A DNA stretch of 64,000 nucleotides from Podarcis melisellensis. Lineage: Eukaryota. The stretch lies in assembly GCA_964234715.1 (NCBI GenBank), contig OZ174276.1; one strand, given 5' to 3'. The notes under the pieces were generated by a model. That model had not been told where the DNA came from. It saw only the letters and a program-made list of their open reading frames with translations, and did no database searches. Of the stretch, positions 1 to 12,264 are shown piece by piece (position 1 is the stretch's first letter; the number at the start of each line of letters is the position of its first letter). The position numbers were made by a program, and so were the translations under genes.

Positions 1-757
1 ACAACAGTGGTTTCATTTTAATAAATATTTGCTTTTTCCATGTTTTGATCTCTGCAGCATTTTTGTTTTTGTTTAATACTTTATATGTCAGCATTCTGGA
101 GGCTCCCCCTCCCCCAAATAAATAAACAATATCCTTCCCCTGGGTCTGCATAGATCACCCGTGTGCTGAGACTAAGAGGTGATTGACATTGGTTCTGCCA
201 TCTTGCAAGGGCACAGGGTGGTTGTTTGCCCTTGCAGGGTGGGTGGTGGAGGCAGTTGATTTTTTCTGAGCTTCCTTCTGGATGAGAAGTTGCCCCCTTG
301 AACATGAATTTGGGAAGTTGTTTAATACCAAGCCAGAAAAGTAGTTCATTCAACCCAGATTTGTCTACTCTGACTGGCAGTGGCATCCAATGCCTCAAGC
401 AACACCTGCCTTTCTGAATCTTATGACCCAAGAATCCTTTCTTTCAAGGGTGGGAAACCTGTGGCCCTCCAGATGTTGCTGCACTCCCATCATCTCTATC
501 GGCCATGCTGGCTGGGACAACATCTGGTCATGGGTTCCCCATCCCTCTTCAATTGGAGATGGCAAGAACTGGACCTGGGACCTTTTATGCCTGCAAAGCT
601 TCCCTGACTCCAGGCTCAACACATTTAAAATAGCATAAAGCTGATTACAAGTATGACAGAGTATGTGAGGTAGCCCTCAAATTATTCCTTGGTGTCAGTT
701 CTGAGCATTGAGCCTCTGCATAACTGAGAAGCGTGTCTGCCTTCATCTCTTTTGCAG

Positions 758-831
758 GTAACTGGGAAAACTGCTTTGGAGAAGACAAGTCTGAAGTCAC
801 TTGGTCTGACAGGAGGCAATGCTATCATCAG
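758..831 (+). CDS. ASPSCR1: ASPSCR1 coding exon (~exon 6): VTGKTALEKTSLKSLGLTGGNAIIR
   Basis: tttgcag|GTA ... ATCAG|gttggg; end of the second ubiquitin-like domain with the diglycine. Confidence 0.93.
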
Positions 832-2413
832 GTTGGGAGAAAGAACAAATTGTCTTCCCTATTAGTGCACTTTGCTTCCCTCTTTATTTTTTATTTTTTT
901 GCATAAGGGATGCATTTAAGGAAATGTCCAGAGACCAATATTTGCGGTCCTTGATAATTATTGGATTTTCCTTTTTAGGAAACAGCTGCTTAGATATACT
1001 TTCTGTAGCTGCAGCTGCTGCCACTTACCCCCCAATTTTGCTGGGAGGAATTTCTTCATAATGGCTTGTCTGCTTCACTCAGGAGGAAGCACTATGAAAC
1101 TCTGAGCAGAACCTTTAACTGCTTCTAGCAGACCATATATCCATGTTTTGCAGCATTCCAGCTGACTGGAAAAGTTTGCCTTCACTGGTTCCAGAATACA
1201 TGCTCCTGCACCAGGAAATTGGTCACCTGGTGCCCTCCAGATGTGGTCGAGCTCCAATTCCCATCAGCCCCAGCCAGCAGTGCCAGTGGGTCAGGAATGG
1301 TGGGAGATGTGGTCTCTAAAACATCTGGTTGCCGATCCTTGACTTATCCATCCCTCCCTATAAATAGAGATAAGCAAGAGAGGACTAGCTTCACATGAGA
1401 TGAGATTGCTAAGGATGTGGGGCAGGGCTTTCTTAACACCAGTAGCCATATTGTACATCCCCATGAGTTTTTCCTGGCTCTCTTGCTTTTTTCCTTTTGC
1501 CGGCAGTGAAAAACTTACTCTTCCCATCTTGCTGATTGCTGATGGACTTTTTAACATGAATCTGAAGTTGTTCATTTTGAGTTTGCTGTCTTTTAGCTCT
1601 TAAAACATACAACACTGACTATTTGTGAACCCTGAAATAACTAATTTGGGGGGTTAGTGGTGGCGGCGGCATTTCTGCCTCTTCCATGCAGCTTCAGGTG
1701 TTGGAGAATGCAACACCTGAGTATCTGAAATTAAAATTTCAGGCATGATACTCAAACCCTTGATTAGGTCTTCCAGTATTTACCTTAGTCACACACCCCT
1801 TAGCCTGGGACATGTGGCGTTGCTCCTTTCTCATTATCTTTCCAAGAGCCACTTCATCATTAAAGGAAAAGACTGATTCTAGCTTTCCTGCAGTGGGCTG
1901 ACCACATAGTTTCTGTAGGGGAGTGATATTTTTCCTGTGTATGTCTGTACATACTTATGTCTCCTGACCTACTTTCTGGACTGCAGGATAGGGATACTCT
2001 TGTTAATTAATAAATCTGTATGTTGTGATTTGTATTCTGTTAGTTCAGGTCACTTTTATTAGCCGTAAGCTCTGACTTGTTTTCCTCTTTGTCCATTATG
2101 CAACTGATCAAAATGGTGGGATAGTGGGTAGGGCTGGTCTCTTTTCCTATAAGAGGCGCAGTGAACTTGGATTGTGATCTGCAACTTGTTAACCTACTCC
2201 TGCTTGTCTTATCGTCCCAAAATTGGAGCCCCCGAGGACAACATGCCCGCTTTTGTTCATGTAAAGAGTGGCATTTATTTTTAGGCATTGCTTCTGTGGC
2301 GTGTTATGTGCCCAGATTTTTCGAAGTTGTTGTTTGTTCCTTTCTTGATGAAATGACTTGGGAAACCTGTTTAGCCTGAGCTGTTTGTGAATAAGAAAAA
2401 AAATCAACATTTC

Positions 2414-2514
2414 CATGTATCTGAAGAAGTGTGCATGCACACGAAAGCTCATACCAAGAACTAACTTAGTTGGTCTTTAAGGTGCTACTGGAAGGAATTT
2501 TTTTTTTTTGTTTC
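2414..2514 (+). mobile_element. Penelope-like element terminal-repeat fragment
   Basis: GTATCTGAAGAAGTGTGCATGCACACGAAAGCTCATACC...TTAGTTGGTCTTTAAGGTGCTACTGG, typical of reptile PLE ends; a near-identical inverted copy lies at 26591-26722. Confidence 0.75.
2417..2454 (+). ncRNA. Minimal type-I hammerhead ribozyme motif
   Basis: Stem I GUAU/AUAC, core CUGAAGA, stem II GUGUG-CAUG-CACAC, GAAA, minimal stem III, UC cleavage site (after 2450). Confidence 0.72.
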
Positions 2515-2562
2515 AACATTTCCACTGTCAGCGACTGCTTCACTCTTTCTCTTTATGTCTAG

Positions 2563-2980
2563 GGTGGTCAAAAAGAAGTCCACCACCTCTGGCCACGCAG
2601 AAGCTGGAAGCGGTGAATATCCTCCTGAAGATCTGACAGCAAGGTCACCTTCCAGCGAAGAGCCAGGGGGTCTGCCTGTGCCACATACAGCTGCCTCCCC
2701 AGCAAGCTCAACCTTCAGCGATGAGGCTCTGTTTGCCAGCAATAGCACTGATAAGCAGGACAGGAGTGCAGAATCTCAGAGCAGCTCAGTGACCTGCCAT
2801 TCTCCTTCGATGCCTTCCCCATTTGTCCCTTTTGTAGGTGGTGGCCAACGTCTGAGTGGTGGCTCTTCTGTATTGGATGTGCCATCGCCAAGCCTATCAA
2901 CATCTCTGTCCAGTCCTGGAGGGCCTTCCAAGCCAAAGAAGCTAAAAAACAGTCCAGAAAAGCTAAAGGAACAAAAAGAG
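2563..2980 (+). CDS. ASPSCR1: ASPSCR1 coding exon (~exon 7), Ser/Pro-rich linker
   Basis: ORF 2555-3082 contains FVPFVGGGQRLSG and SLSSPGGPSKPKK; acceptor tctag|G, donor GAG|gtagcg; phases fit neighbouring exons. Confidence 0.92.
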
Positions 2981-5900
2981 GTAGCGGTTTGGCTTTCTTA
3001 CAGTGTTCTGGGGAGGCGGGATTTTCTCTTTGCTTGTCCTCCTTTAGCACTGGCTTTTGAAGAGATGGAGGAAGCTTGTTAGAGTTCCACTCCCGTAATC
3101 CTACAGTAAACCTCTGGCCTACAACCTCTGATGTTGACGAGCATCACATAGTTTGGGCAGAGTTTGATCTTCGGCCTGCTTGACCTGATGTATTAAGAGT
3201 CAAAGTGGAATAAGTTGGTGGGAAAGCGGGAATTTATAGCCCTTATCTGGTGCATTTGAAATCCAAGTTGTTAGGAACCAGGGAAGTTAGGTGAAAGTGA
3301 CAGGGCTGAGTCAAAAGTGCAGCACAGATCTTAGGGATTTGCTGTGCAGACTGAAGGATTAAGCACAGAAACTGAACTGTACATTCACAACCAGTGGCAG
3401 AAGACTATGAAGCTAGTTGCACTCTTCTGCTGAAACTGGAATGGATCTTGATTTACTAAAGCATCCTCTGGTGTTGTCTCCTGTTCTCTGAATGGATTCC
3501 ATAGTTGAGAGGTTCTTTGACTTCCTTAACTCAGCAGGACTTCTGCTTCTTCACAGCTTTTCTAGCATCCGAATGCATCAGGAGGGGGACATAACCGTGA
3601 GATCTTATTGGGGTTGTCCTCCAGAAATGAGAGTCGAGTTGCAGCAACTGCTGTTATCCTCTGGTTTACTATAGTTTAATTGACTTTGCTACATTTTTCT
3701 TCTGAAACCTTCCTGTTGTGGAATTCCTGAAGTTTTGGTCTCTTGTGACCTTTTTGACTGAGCTAGCCAAGAGAAATGAGTAAAGAAAATAATTAGGAAC
3801 AGTAAGTGAAACACCAATCCAGTAAGTGAAATTGAGCCAGTCCTTCCCCCTGCCCCAGTCTAGGCATATCTTTCTGATGTGCTTGGGATATGATTTGCCC
3901 TCAGTCTTTTCCCCTGTGTAGCGTCTGATACAGAAAGCAAACATTTCCCTGGCAAGGTGATGTATACCTATGAGCACTCATAACTGTGTGGTCCTTTGTG
4001 ACCTCTGGTTCTTGAGTGTGTCACTGAATGCTGCCCTACCTTGCTGGCATCCGGGACTAGAAAAGGGCCATGATTTAATTCTTGAGGATGCAGCTGAAGG
4101 CTTGGCTGGTTTTGTTCAATTCTGATACTTGGATTGAGGCCAACCTTAACTCTTCTTACATGGTTTTGCCTGTAGCTAAGGAAACCTCCTGTTCAACAAC
4201 CTAGACACTTCTTGTCAAACTTGTGTAATGGTACGTTTTTAGAGGAAATTCTTAGTTTACAAAGCAACATTCTGCAATCAGATGCTTGGTGTCCTTATAT
4301 TCCCATAAGCAAAATAAGAACAACTTTGTAAGCGAGTAATATTTGAACAGATTCAACATAAATAGGAATGTTAAGTTAATTCCGCCCCCCCCCCCATACA
4401 GCTCGAGTAATGATTACGTGTTAGGCAAACTTGCCATTAAAAATGCACAAAATGGATGGCTGCCAAAGACCTGAGGTCCTTATATTCATGTGACAACAAA
4501 TCTGTGGGTCACCATGCATACCAAGTAAATTGGACTTGTGGATCAACATGCCAAAAAGGTTGGAAAGCAGGGCCAATGGAGCGGTGTCTCGGGAGCAGCT
4601 GCAGGTTCTGTTGGAGGCTTCCCTCCCTCATGCTAAACAGCGTGCGACTCTGACGGCTGCTTTCAGGCCCTTTGATCTTGGGTGCCTTTGCCGCTGATTG
4701 ATTACGTTGCGCTCCCTCCTCCATTCCTTCCATTCCCTTGCCTTGCTCTCATCAGCAGCTCCAGAATGGGGCTGGCCGCATGGCATCTGCTTTTTGTCCC
4801 TTTTCAGTCCAGAGGGGGAAGAAGAAAAAAACCCCAAAACAAAACAAATTATTTTTAAACATCAAAGGTCCATTTTAGCAAAAGAATCTTCCCATTAATG
4901 TTGTGCCTGTGTGTGGTTTTTTGGATTTGATGGAAGAGGCTGGATAAAATCTGTGCCGGCGTCCCTCCACTTCTGGGCTGGGGATGGTTTACAGGCCAGC
5001 CATACTTTGATGTCAAAACATTAATTATTAGAAGGTAGCTTAGCTCCAAATTCCCCTAGAGATCAGAGACTTCTGCAGTGTGGGAGAGGAGCTGGTTTTG
5101 CCCCACCACCTTGCTTTAACGTCACAGCAATCCCTGCCACCCTTTTGACTGTGGACCGCAGTAATACGTAGGAGTGTAAAGAGTAGGTTTGAGTGACAAG
5201 GCCAAAGCACTGGGCGAATGGATGGCCTGTAATACTGTTGGCAAAGGATCTCTTGAGAGTTTTGGTTTGGAAATGCGTACTGAAGAGAGTGGACGAGGGC
5301 TAGTAGTTTCGCATTTATTACTCCCTTAAGTGCTTTTTGCAGCGGTTTCCAGAATTGAAGAATCATCTCAGACAAAATGACCACTGAAGAACTTTTGTCA
5401 TGCAACCTGCATGCGAGCATCATAGCTAGTTCTTGACATCCTTCTCTGAAGGCTATGATCAGACCATGCAGCCCCTCCAGGCATTGACTGATGATGGTGG
5501 TAAGAGTTGTAGTGTTGCCCATCAGCCCCTCTGTTACAACTGTACACCCGAAGCTGAAAGTTGACGCGGTAAATTACATCATATTGAAGATCTACTGGAA
5601 GGGCTTGGTATTCAAAAAGTCCTGTTCCCTTTGTCTCCATTTTTGGCAGCCCTCCCTAGCCACACTGGAAGTTGCCAATGTCCTGGGTTTGTTTAATAGT
5701 CTGTAGAGAGGAATGTGTTGCATTGTTTCTGTCCTCAAGTCAATTACTTGTTTCTAGACAGAGCCCTTCTGGGATTTGCTTCAGTTATTGAGCAGTCAGT
5801 GCTGCTGAGAGAAGAGACAAATGTTGACAGTTCAGATTATGGAAGAATTTTATACCAAGCAAGTTGTATTGAGTTGGTGGGAAAGACCTGAAGATTTTAA

Positions 5901-6270
5901 AGCAGGCATAGAGAACCTCTGGCCTGCAGACCTAATCTGACCCACCAGCCCCCAGTGCTCTCCCTACACGCCCCCCCCCCAGTTGTTCTGTTCTGCCGAG
6001 AGCTGGCAAGGCCAGGAAAAGAGCAAAAATGTGTCTCCCAGGGAATCATCAGACTTTGTTTCATGCTTCCATGGGAGAATGATATTGGAGTGATGGAGAA
6101 GTTAGTGTGCCAGGCTTAAAGAGTTCTTCCATCTTGAAGTAGAGCATAAAAGCACAGATTTAAATGGGCATTAAAGGATGGAAGAAGAACTGAGGTAAGA
6201 GGGATGTGACACTTACGAAATGTCCCATTATATTATCCCAAATGAACCTTGACTTTAAGCCTGCCTTTTA

Positions 6271-6398
6271 AACCTTGGGTACCCAGATGTTGTTGGACTA
6301 AAACTCCCAACATTCCTAGCTAGCAGGACCAGTAGTTAGGGATGATAGGAGTTGTAGTCCAACAACTTCTGGAGACCTAAGTGGTTGAGAGAGGCTGC
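6271..6398. mobile_element. Palindromic hAT MITE copy; older copies at ~447, 1213, 23619, 33513, 41430, 44240, 46445, 49370, 49853, 58068, 58620
   Basis: CCAGATGTTGTTGGACTA.AACTCCCA...GGAGTTGTAGTCCAACAAC.TCTGG core hairpin. Confidence 0.8.
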
Positions 6399-8383
6399 TG
6401 TACCTTGTGTGATCCTGTAATAGGTGCAATAGTTTGTGCTCTCAGATTAAACCAGGAATTTCCGCCAGTATGCTAGCTGGCTCTTGATTCTGGGCTCTCT
6501 TCTTCACATAGGGAATCTGTGGTGTGGGAGTTAATTTTTCCTCCAGACTTTGCTAGGAGTAGTAGCTGTCTTTGCCACACACACCCACACACACACACAC
6601 ACCAGTTTTTTATTGGATCTTTCCAGTGTAGAGGTTAGAGGTGTGGAAATAGGACCGTAGGTTTTAGATGGGGTGTCAAAGGACCCTTTTACATCACTCT
6701 ATAGTAAATTGCTCCTAGCGGCTGTCCCAGACTGTCAGTACAAGGCGGTTGCTTATCCATTCTGCTTCTTCTGCCAGTCCCTAAGCAGCCAGCGTAAGGC
6801 GACAGTAGTCTTTGAAAGAGGACAGATTGGCAGCTCACGGGTACTTCTTGTGCTTTCTGCCCAGAGAAAGCTACAATCAGGCTCCTTCACCCTCTAGTTA
6901 GACCTAACTCTCTTCAACTTTCTAAAAGTAGCTGAGGGTCCCACCCACGCAACCTCACTCTTTTAACTTCCCAAATTACCCTCTGGTGCCCACAAATAGA
7001 GAAAATCTTGCCTTGTAATTTGTGTTGTCTCTACTGACAATTGAGAGAGACTCCTTCTATTCCCAGAGGGCTTGTTCGGGGTGGGAGGGGTGGTGGTGAT
7101 GCTGCAGAGAAGTGAGAATAAGATAGGACAGTAGATGGCCAGGGATGTGTGGGTGGGAAAGAGGGCACAGACAGGGATGTGCTAGAGACATTAAGCGTGG
7201 GGGGTATGGGCGATTATACATAGGAACGTCCCAAGTTCACGGAGTCTGGGGCCAGGCTAAGCAGATCATTGATGGTCAAGGATGCTGGTCTTCAAAGCAG
7301 CCTATTAACAATACAGACCAAGTGGTGCCATCATTTTTTAGCTCTGGATTTACAGATTGTCAGCCAGTAGCTCTGCAGTGCAGCACCTTCTCTTTTCTGT
7401 CAGAACTAGCAGGACTGTTTGCCAACTGAATGGAATCTTATGCATGCATGGAGGGGAAACTGAAAAGAAAGACTATATCAGCAGTGGCAACAAAGCCTCT
7501 TCCCCTCCATCCTTCACCAACTTTCCTGTTTAAATCTCTGATCTGTAGTACTTCTGATGTAGATTGGTACTTGCAGATGCAGGTTATTCCAGTGTGTGGG
7601 CTGCAGCTGATAACCAGCTCCCACAAGCCCCAAGTCTTTCTGCTTCCAGTCGAACATATAGCGTGGTATCAATGTCATGCTCACTGTTTGGTAGTTGCAT
7701 AGCCTTGATGCTTCTGCTCTATATAATCTGCTATAAGCCACCAGTGCTGGGTTCGGTGAAATCTGTCTCTTGTTCATGCTTGTCACTTCTGCATAACTAT
7801 TTCCGAGTTCCTTCAGTCTCTCCAAAACTGATGGAGGCTTTCCATAGCAATCTTGACTGAATCAGTTCTCCATGGGCAACATACCTGATGTGGACAAGGA
7901 GTGGCAGCAGCTTTCAGGCTATAAAGCATGCAGAGATTGCTACTTAACAGACTAATTCTGAAGCTCAGAAGGGCACATTTTGTATCATCTCTGATTTTCA
8001 CAGTGGAGGATCACTTGCTTGTAAACCATCCCAATCAACAGCAGAACCTGCTTGATGGTGCAAACCTGTTGCATGAGAAAGCTCAGTTGGAAGCCTTCTT
8101 TTCAGTGTGCAAGCTGTGCACATTTGAGGAGATTTTGGCATTGTATTCAAGCGAGAATTCTGAGGTGGTGCACTTCCATGTGTTCTGTGCCTTGTGCCCT
8201 TATTAAAGCTTATATTATTGTGTGTCAACTAAGAAGGTTTGCCCAATCCCATTTTCACATGTCGGTCCTATTGTCGTGCGGATTTTAAAAACTGATTGCA
8301 CTTAAATAATAATTTGGGGAAAATGAAATCAAATAACTTTTAATTTTTTTAAATTACATAGATTCAGCTGTACTATTTATGAG

Positions 8384-8384
<1 letters not shown>

Positions 8385-8448
<64 letters not shown>
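8385..8448. repeat. (TTTC)n microsatellite
   Basis: About 16 perfect tetranucleotide units. Confidence 0.97.
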
Positions 8449-9131
8449 ATGGCTCCTAGCAGCTTTAGTTCAAAGCACAGTTGCTCTGCTGCCCTTGGTA
8501 AAAATGCTTTAAAATGCTGCAGAAAGAGGCTTTTTGCCCACTGCTTCCTGTGTAATTGTGTAGGCACAAAGGGACCTTGTACAGTAAAAAAGATGGCTAC
8601 CCCAACAGCACATGGAGGCATCCATATTTTTTTCCATACAATGTCCCTTTGTTTGTTCCTTTGTGTGCAACCACTTACCGCAGCATTTTAAAAGCACCTT
8701 TACCCGGTGCTGTTCTTTGAAGCTGTTCTTAGCGGCTTCACAGTGGGAAGGAAGGAAGGAAGGAAAGCAGTCTTCAGACCATCTTGTAAGTGGAATGAGT
8801 GAACTGTGTTTCAGAAAGGTTTGCACATCTACAGGTACAGGAGTACTTGTTTATGGGGTATGAACCAGGGGAGCTAACCTCACATTGCAGAGCAGATAAA
8901 ATCCTTCTCCATTTCTATTTTAAGACCAGGAAAGAGATTCACACAGGGAATGATTAAGCTGAAAGTTACTGTAATTCTGAAGCCTTTTTGTAGTTAAATG
9001 AACAAATGCTTTTGGGCAGGATTTTCTGGACACCCCCAAAAAGCACAATTTTACATATGTAAATATGCTCAGCTGATTCCATTCCTTCTTGGATCCAGTC
9101 ATCTAAACTTCAGTTCCTATGTTCTTTACAG

Positions 9132-9271
9132 CATCTGGAGCGAGAGCCAATTTTGTGCCATCCAGATCTACAGAAGCCACTGGATTTTGGCTCACAAGAA
9201 CTTCCAGATGAGTTCTTTGAGGTGACTGTAGATGATGTGAGGAAACGTTTGTCTCAGCTCCAGAATGAGAG
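9132..9271 (+). CDS. ASPSCR1: ASPSCR1 coding exon (~exon 8): HLEREPILCHPDL...ELPDEFFEVTVDDVRKRLSQLQNE
   Basis: ttacag|CAT ... GAGAG|gtaagt; contains the conserved p97-binding region motif LPDEFF. Confidence 0.96.
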
Positions 9272-9454
9272 GTAAGTTTCTTTTTCATTAGTGATGCAGT
9301 CACTCCATCTGTAGTATGTTGTGGCTGGCCACTGACAATAACGGAATTTTCACCATCTGTATTTTCTACGTTTCACTTCCTTCTGACCTTACAATTTATA
9401 GTACTCTCCACCATATGTGTGTGTAGATTCCTATAATTTAGGATTATACTTCAG

Positions 9455-9569
9455 GTATCTGGTGAAGTGGACTATAGCCCATAAAAGCTTATGGCATAAT
9501 ACATTTGCTAATCTTTAAGTGGCCACAAGTGTCTTTCCTATTTTTCCTGCAATGGACTAACACAGCTAA
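9455..9569 (+). mobile_element. Degenerate Penelope-like terminal fragment (decayed hammerhead)
   Basis: GTAT-CTGGTGA-AGTGGACTATAGCCCAT-AAAAGCTTATG...TCTTTAAGTGGCCACAAG...GACTAACACAGCTA; same layout with mutated core. Confidence 0.5.
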
Positions 9570-9819
9570 TTCCACCTATAGGCTGTTTCACAATCTTGCT
9601 GACACAAAGCATATCACAGTATAGGTCTGCATTGGCCTAATATCTGGGAGAATTACATGCTGTTATAATGTCACCCATGTTCTTTGAGATTTTGAATCTT
9701 TCTCATAGTTTCCCACATAATCAAGTACGTCCACCTGTCCCAGATGGTGTTTTAATATATTTCCCTAAGAGCTCAGGAAATTAGCATAAAATTAGACACC
9801 ACTCAGCATGATGCTTAGA

Positions 9820-9988
9820 CAGTGGCGTAGCGTGGGTTGTCAGCACCCGGGGCAAGGAAAGTAATTTGTGCCCCCTAACCCGTGGATTTGCGCCCCCTAA
9901 ACCATGGATTTGCGCCCCCTAACCCTAACCCCCAGATGTTGCACCCGGTGCGGCCGGCCCCCCCTGCACTCCCCACGCTACACCACTG
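9820..9988 (+). mobile_element. 169-bp non-autonomous hAT MITE, copy 1
   Basis: TIRs CAGTGGCGTAGCGTGGG / CCCACGCTACACCACTG; 8-bp TSD TGCTTAGA (9812-9819, 9989-9996). Confidence 0.92.
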
Positions 9989-12182
9989 TGCTTAGAAGAA
10001 TTAAAGTACAATATTCTGAATTTAGTGGGTGTACTCCCAAGTTAGTGTGAAGCTGTAATATGATAAATAAACTATTTCATTGAAATTGGATAGGGAAGGG
10101 TTTTTTGTTTCTTTGCTCAAATTACAGGCATGGGAAATGTGTCTTCTAAGCGAAAGGGGGGAAACATTAATTTCTTTGTGAGTGCTGAGATCAGGTTGTA
10201 GTAGTTATTCCAGGCATACACCTCTGTTCTAAGGAGCTGACAAATACAGTTGCCTCCTGCAAGGCTGAAGGTTTATCTAGGCTGCTATTTTCCTAGTTGA
10301 TGTTTCAGTTTCGTAAGCCTTATTGCTTTCCAGTACCTCTAGCCAGTGTGTCTAGGTCACAGAGTTGTTTAGAAATTCTTGATACACTTTATGTCATCTA
10401 CTAGATGCCTCTGTTATAAACACTGGAAAAAAGATAGACGACTGGACAGCGAAGCTCATGATTTCTTTGTTTATATATTGGCAATCCCATTTAGTTCCCT
10501 TTGATCACAATGCAAGTCATCAGGTGCTAAGCCAAAAAGCAAATCCATGTCAGAATTCTGTTTCCTCTCATTTTTACACTGTGGCAATATTTTCCAGTTT
10601 AAAACTGAAATTTTCATCTGCTGTGGTATTGAAACGGGATTACACAAGACACAGGAAGAAAGGAGATTACACCAATTGTGGATCAGGCAATATAAACAAG
10701 AGGAGGGATGAGCCCGGTGCCAGCTTATTTTTGTGTTCTTCCACAAACTTTTAGGGTGACCTAGTTGGATTCTACATTTCCCCATCCCTTGACAGTTGCC
10801 TTGCCACTCCTGAATAATATTTGGGATAAACATGAGCGTGTGTAGTTGTCACATTACTCATATACTCCCCAATACTGTTACGTATTTATAACATAGGCTG
10901 TCATTAGATCTCACTGATACTGTACTTGGATTTTGGAAGGAAAAAACTAAATCTGAAGACAAGGAGGTAAACTTTACTGACCACTGCAAAGATAACAGAT
11001 TGCCCCATTTTAGAAATTGGAAAAAAGCCTGCATGTGAATTGGTCTTTACACAGAGTGTGCAACAATGGGGGGGGGTCACAAAGCAGACAAATGGTGTTA
11101 ACACAAGTGAAGGTAGTCTAGATTGTGATACTTTTCAATACATGTTTTTCATGATTCTCCCCCCCCCCCCAAAAAAACCCAAACTTTTAGATGGAAGGAC
11201 TAATGCACAAATGGAAGGATTAGCTTGATCTTTCCATAAGCTTGTGAATATTTGTATGGTTTCACTGGAGGTTTTTCTTTGCAGCTTTGCAAAGTTGTTT
11301 AAAAAAAAAATAGTTGAAGAAAGTGAAGGAGTAAAGTAATTTAAATGAAAAGTGCTGTGTCATCTCTTAAAATAAACAAATAAACTGTGGAGCTGTGAAA
11401 TCTGTGGAAGAACACCTCTGAGCTGTATCTGCCGTTTTGTTTTTAAACTTCTCTGATTACAGTATATCCTTTACCGCTCATCAGTCTTGGTGAATCAACA
11501 TTTTGAATTAAATGTCAAATGAATCAAACTTCCCTCTTTAACTTCCAATCATTCCTTTGGTATTGTGGTATGGCATTTGTTGCACCATAGGGAAGGCTGA
11601 ATTGAGTTTCTGTTTAAGGCTGAAGCTTCTTGAAGACTGTAGTCTGTCCCCGCACCTCCCCATGATTTTAGAATAGTTGGAAATTGCACAGGGGGTACCT
11701 ATGTGAGGAGTTTTCAAAATATGAGCACACGTATTACATAGTTTAAGTTTATATGCTTGTCACAACTTCTTTTCTACACCACAAGGGGGAAATGTGCCAA
11801 GGCTGTTACCAGCAGACTCTAAACTAAGTAAAAATTACAAAATGCATTATTTCAAACATTAATCTTAAATTGTTATAAATGTATAGTGCTGGTGCAAACA
11901 TTTGAACGTAACCAAAATTGTTCAGCCACTTTCAAATATGTTTGAGATTTGTTTGGTTAAAATGATTTTGCTGCAGTTTCTCAGATCCTCCTCTTTTGCA
12001 ATCTTGTTTTGGGAGTGTGTAGTAGTGCTTTGTTTTAGACGAACATACACAGAGGTAGAGAGCAGGAAGGATAATGTATGGAGCTTAAGCAGATAAGATA
12101 GTTACTAGATTGTGTGGAGTGGCAGCCCCTGGCTGTATAGATCTGTGGCTATACTGGCTTGCTAAGCTTCCCCTCTTCCTAG

Positions 12183-12264
12183 GAAGCGTTTGGAAGAATC
12201 TCCCTTGATGACACGAGCACAGCGAGAAACTCAGCTGAAGGACAAGCTTGAGCGCTATCCAAAG
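12183..12264 (+). CDS. ASPSCR1: ASPSCR1 coding exon (~exon 9): KRLEESPLMTRAQRETQLKDKLERYPK
   Basis: cctag|G ... AAG|gtaatg; matches KRLEEAPL...KLERYPK. Confidence 0.96.

Noticed and set aside
2981-3082. Read-through tail of ORF 2555-3082
   Set aside because: Lies past the exon 7 donor; ASPSCR1 similarity stops at 2980 and resumes in phase at 9132.
5040-5522. 160-aa minus-strand ORF (and other long intronic ORFs such as 27596-28108 and 30983-31480)
   Set aside because: No recognisable homology, atypical composition or microsatellite content, and no splice-consistent structure.
8373-8621. ORF with KKER repeats
   Set aside because: The repeat is just the translated (TTTC)n microsatellite.
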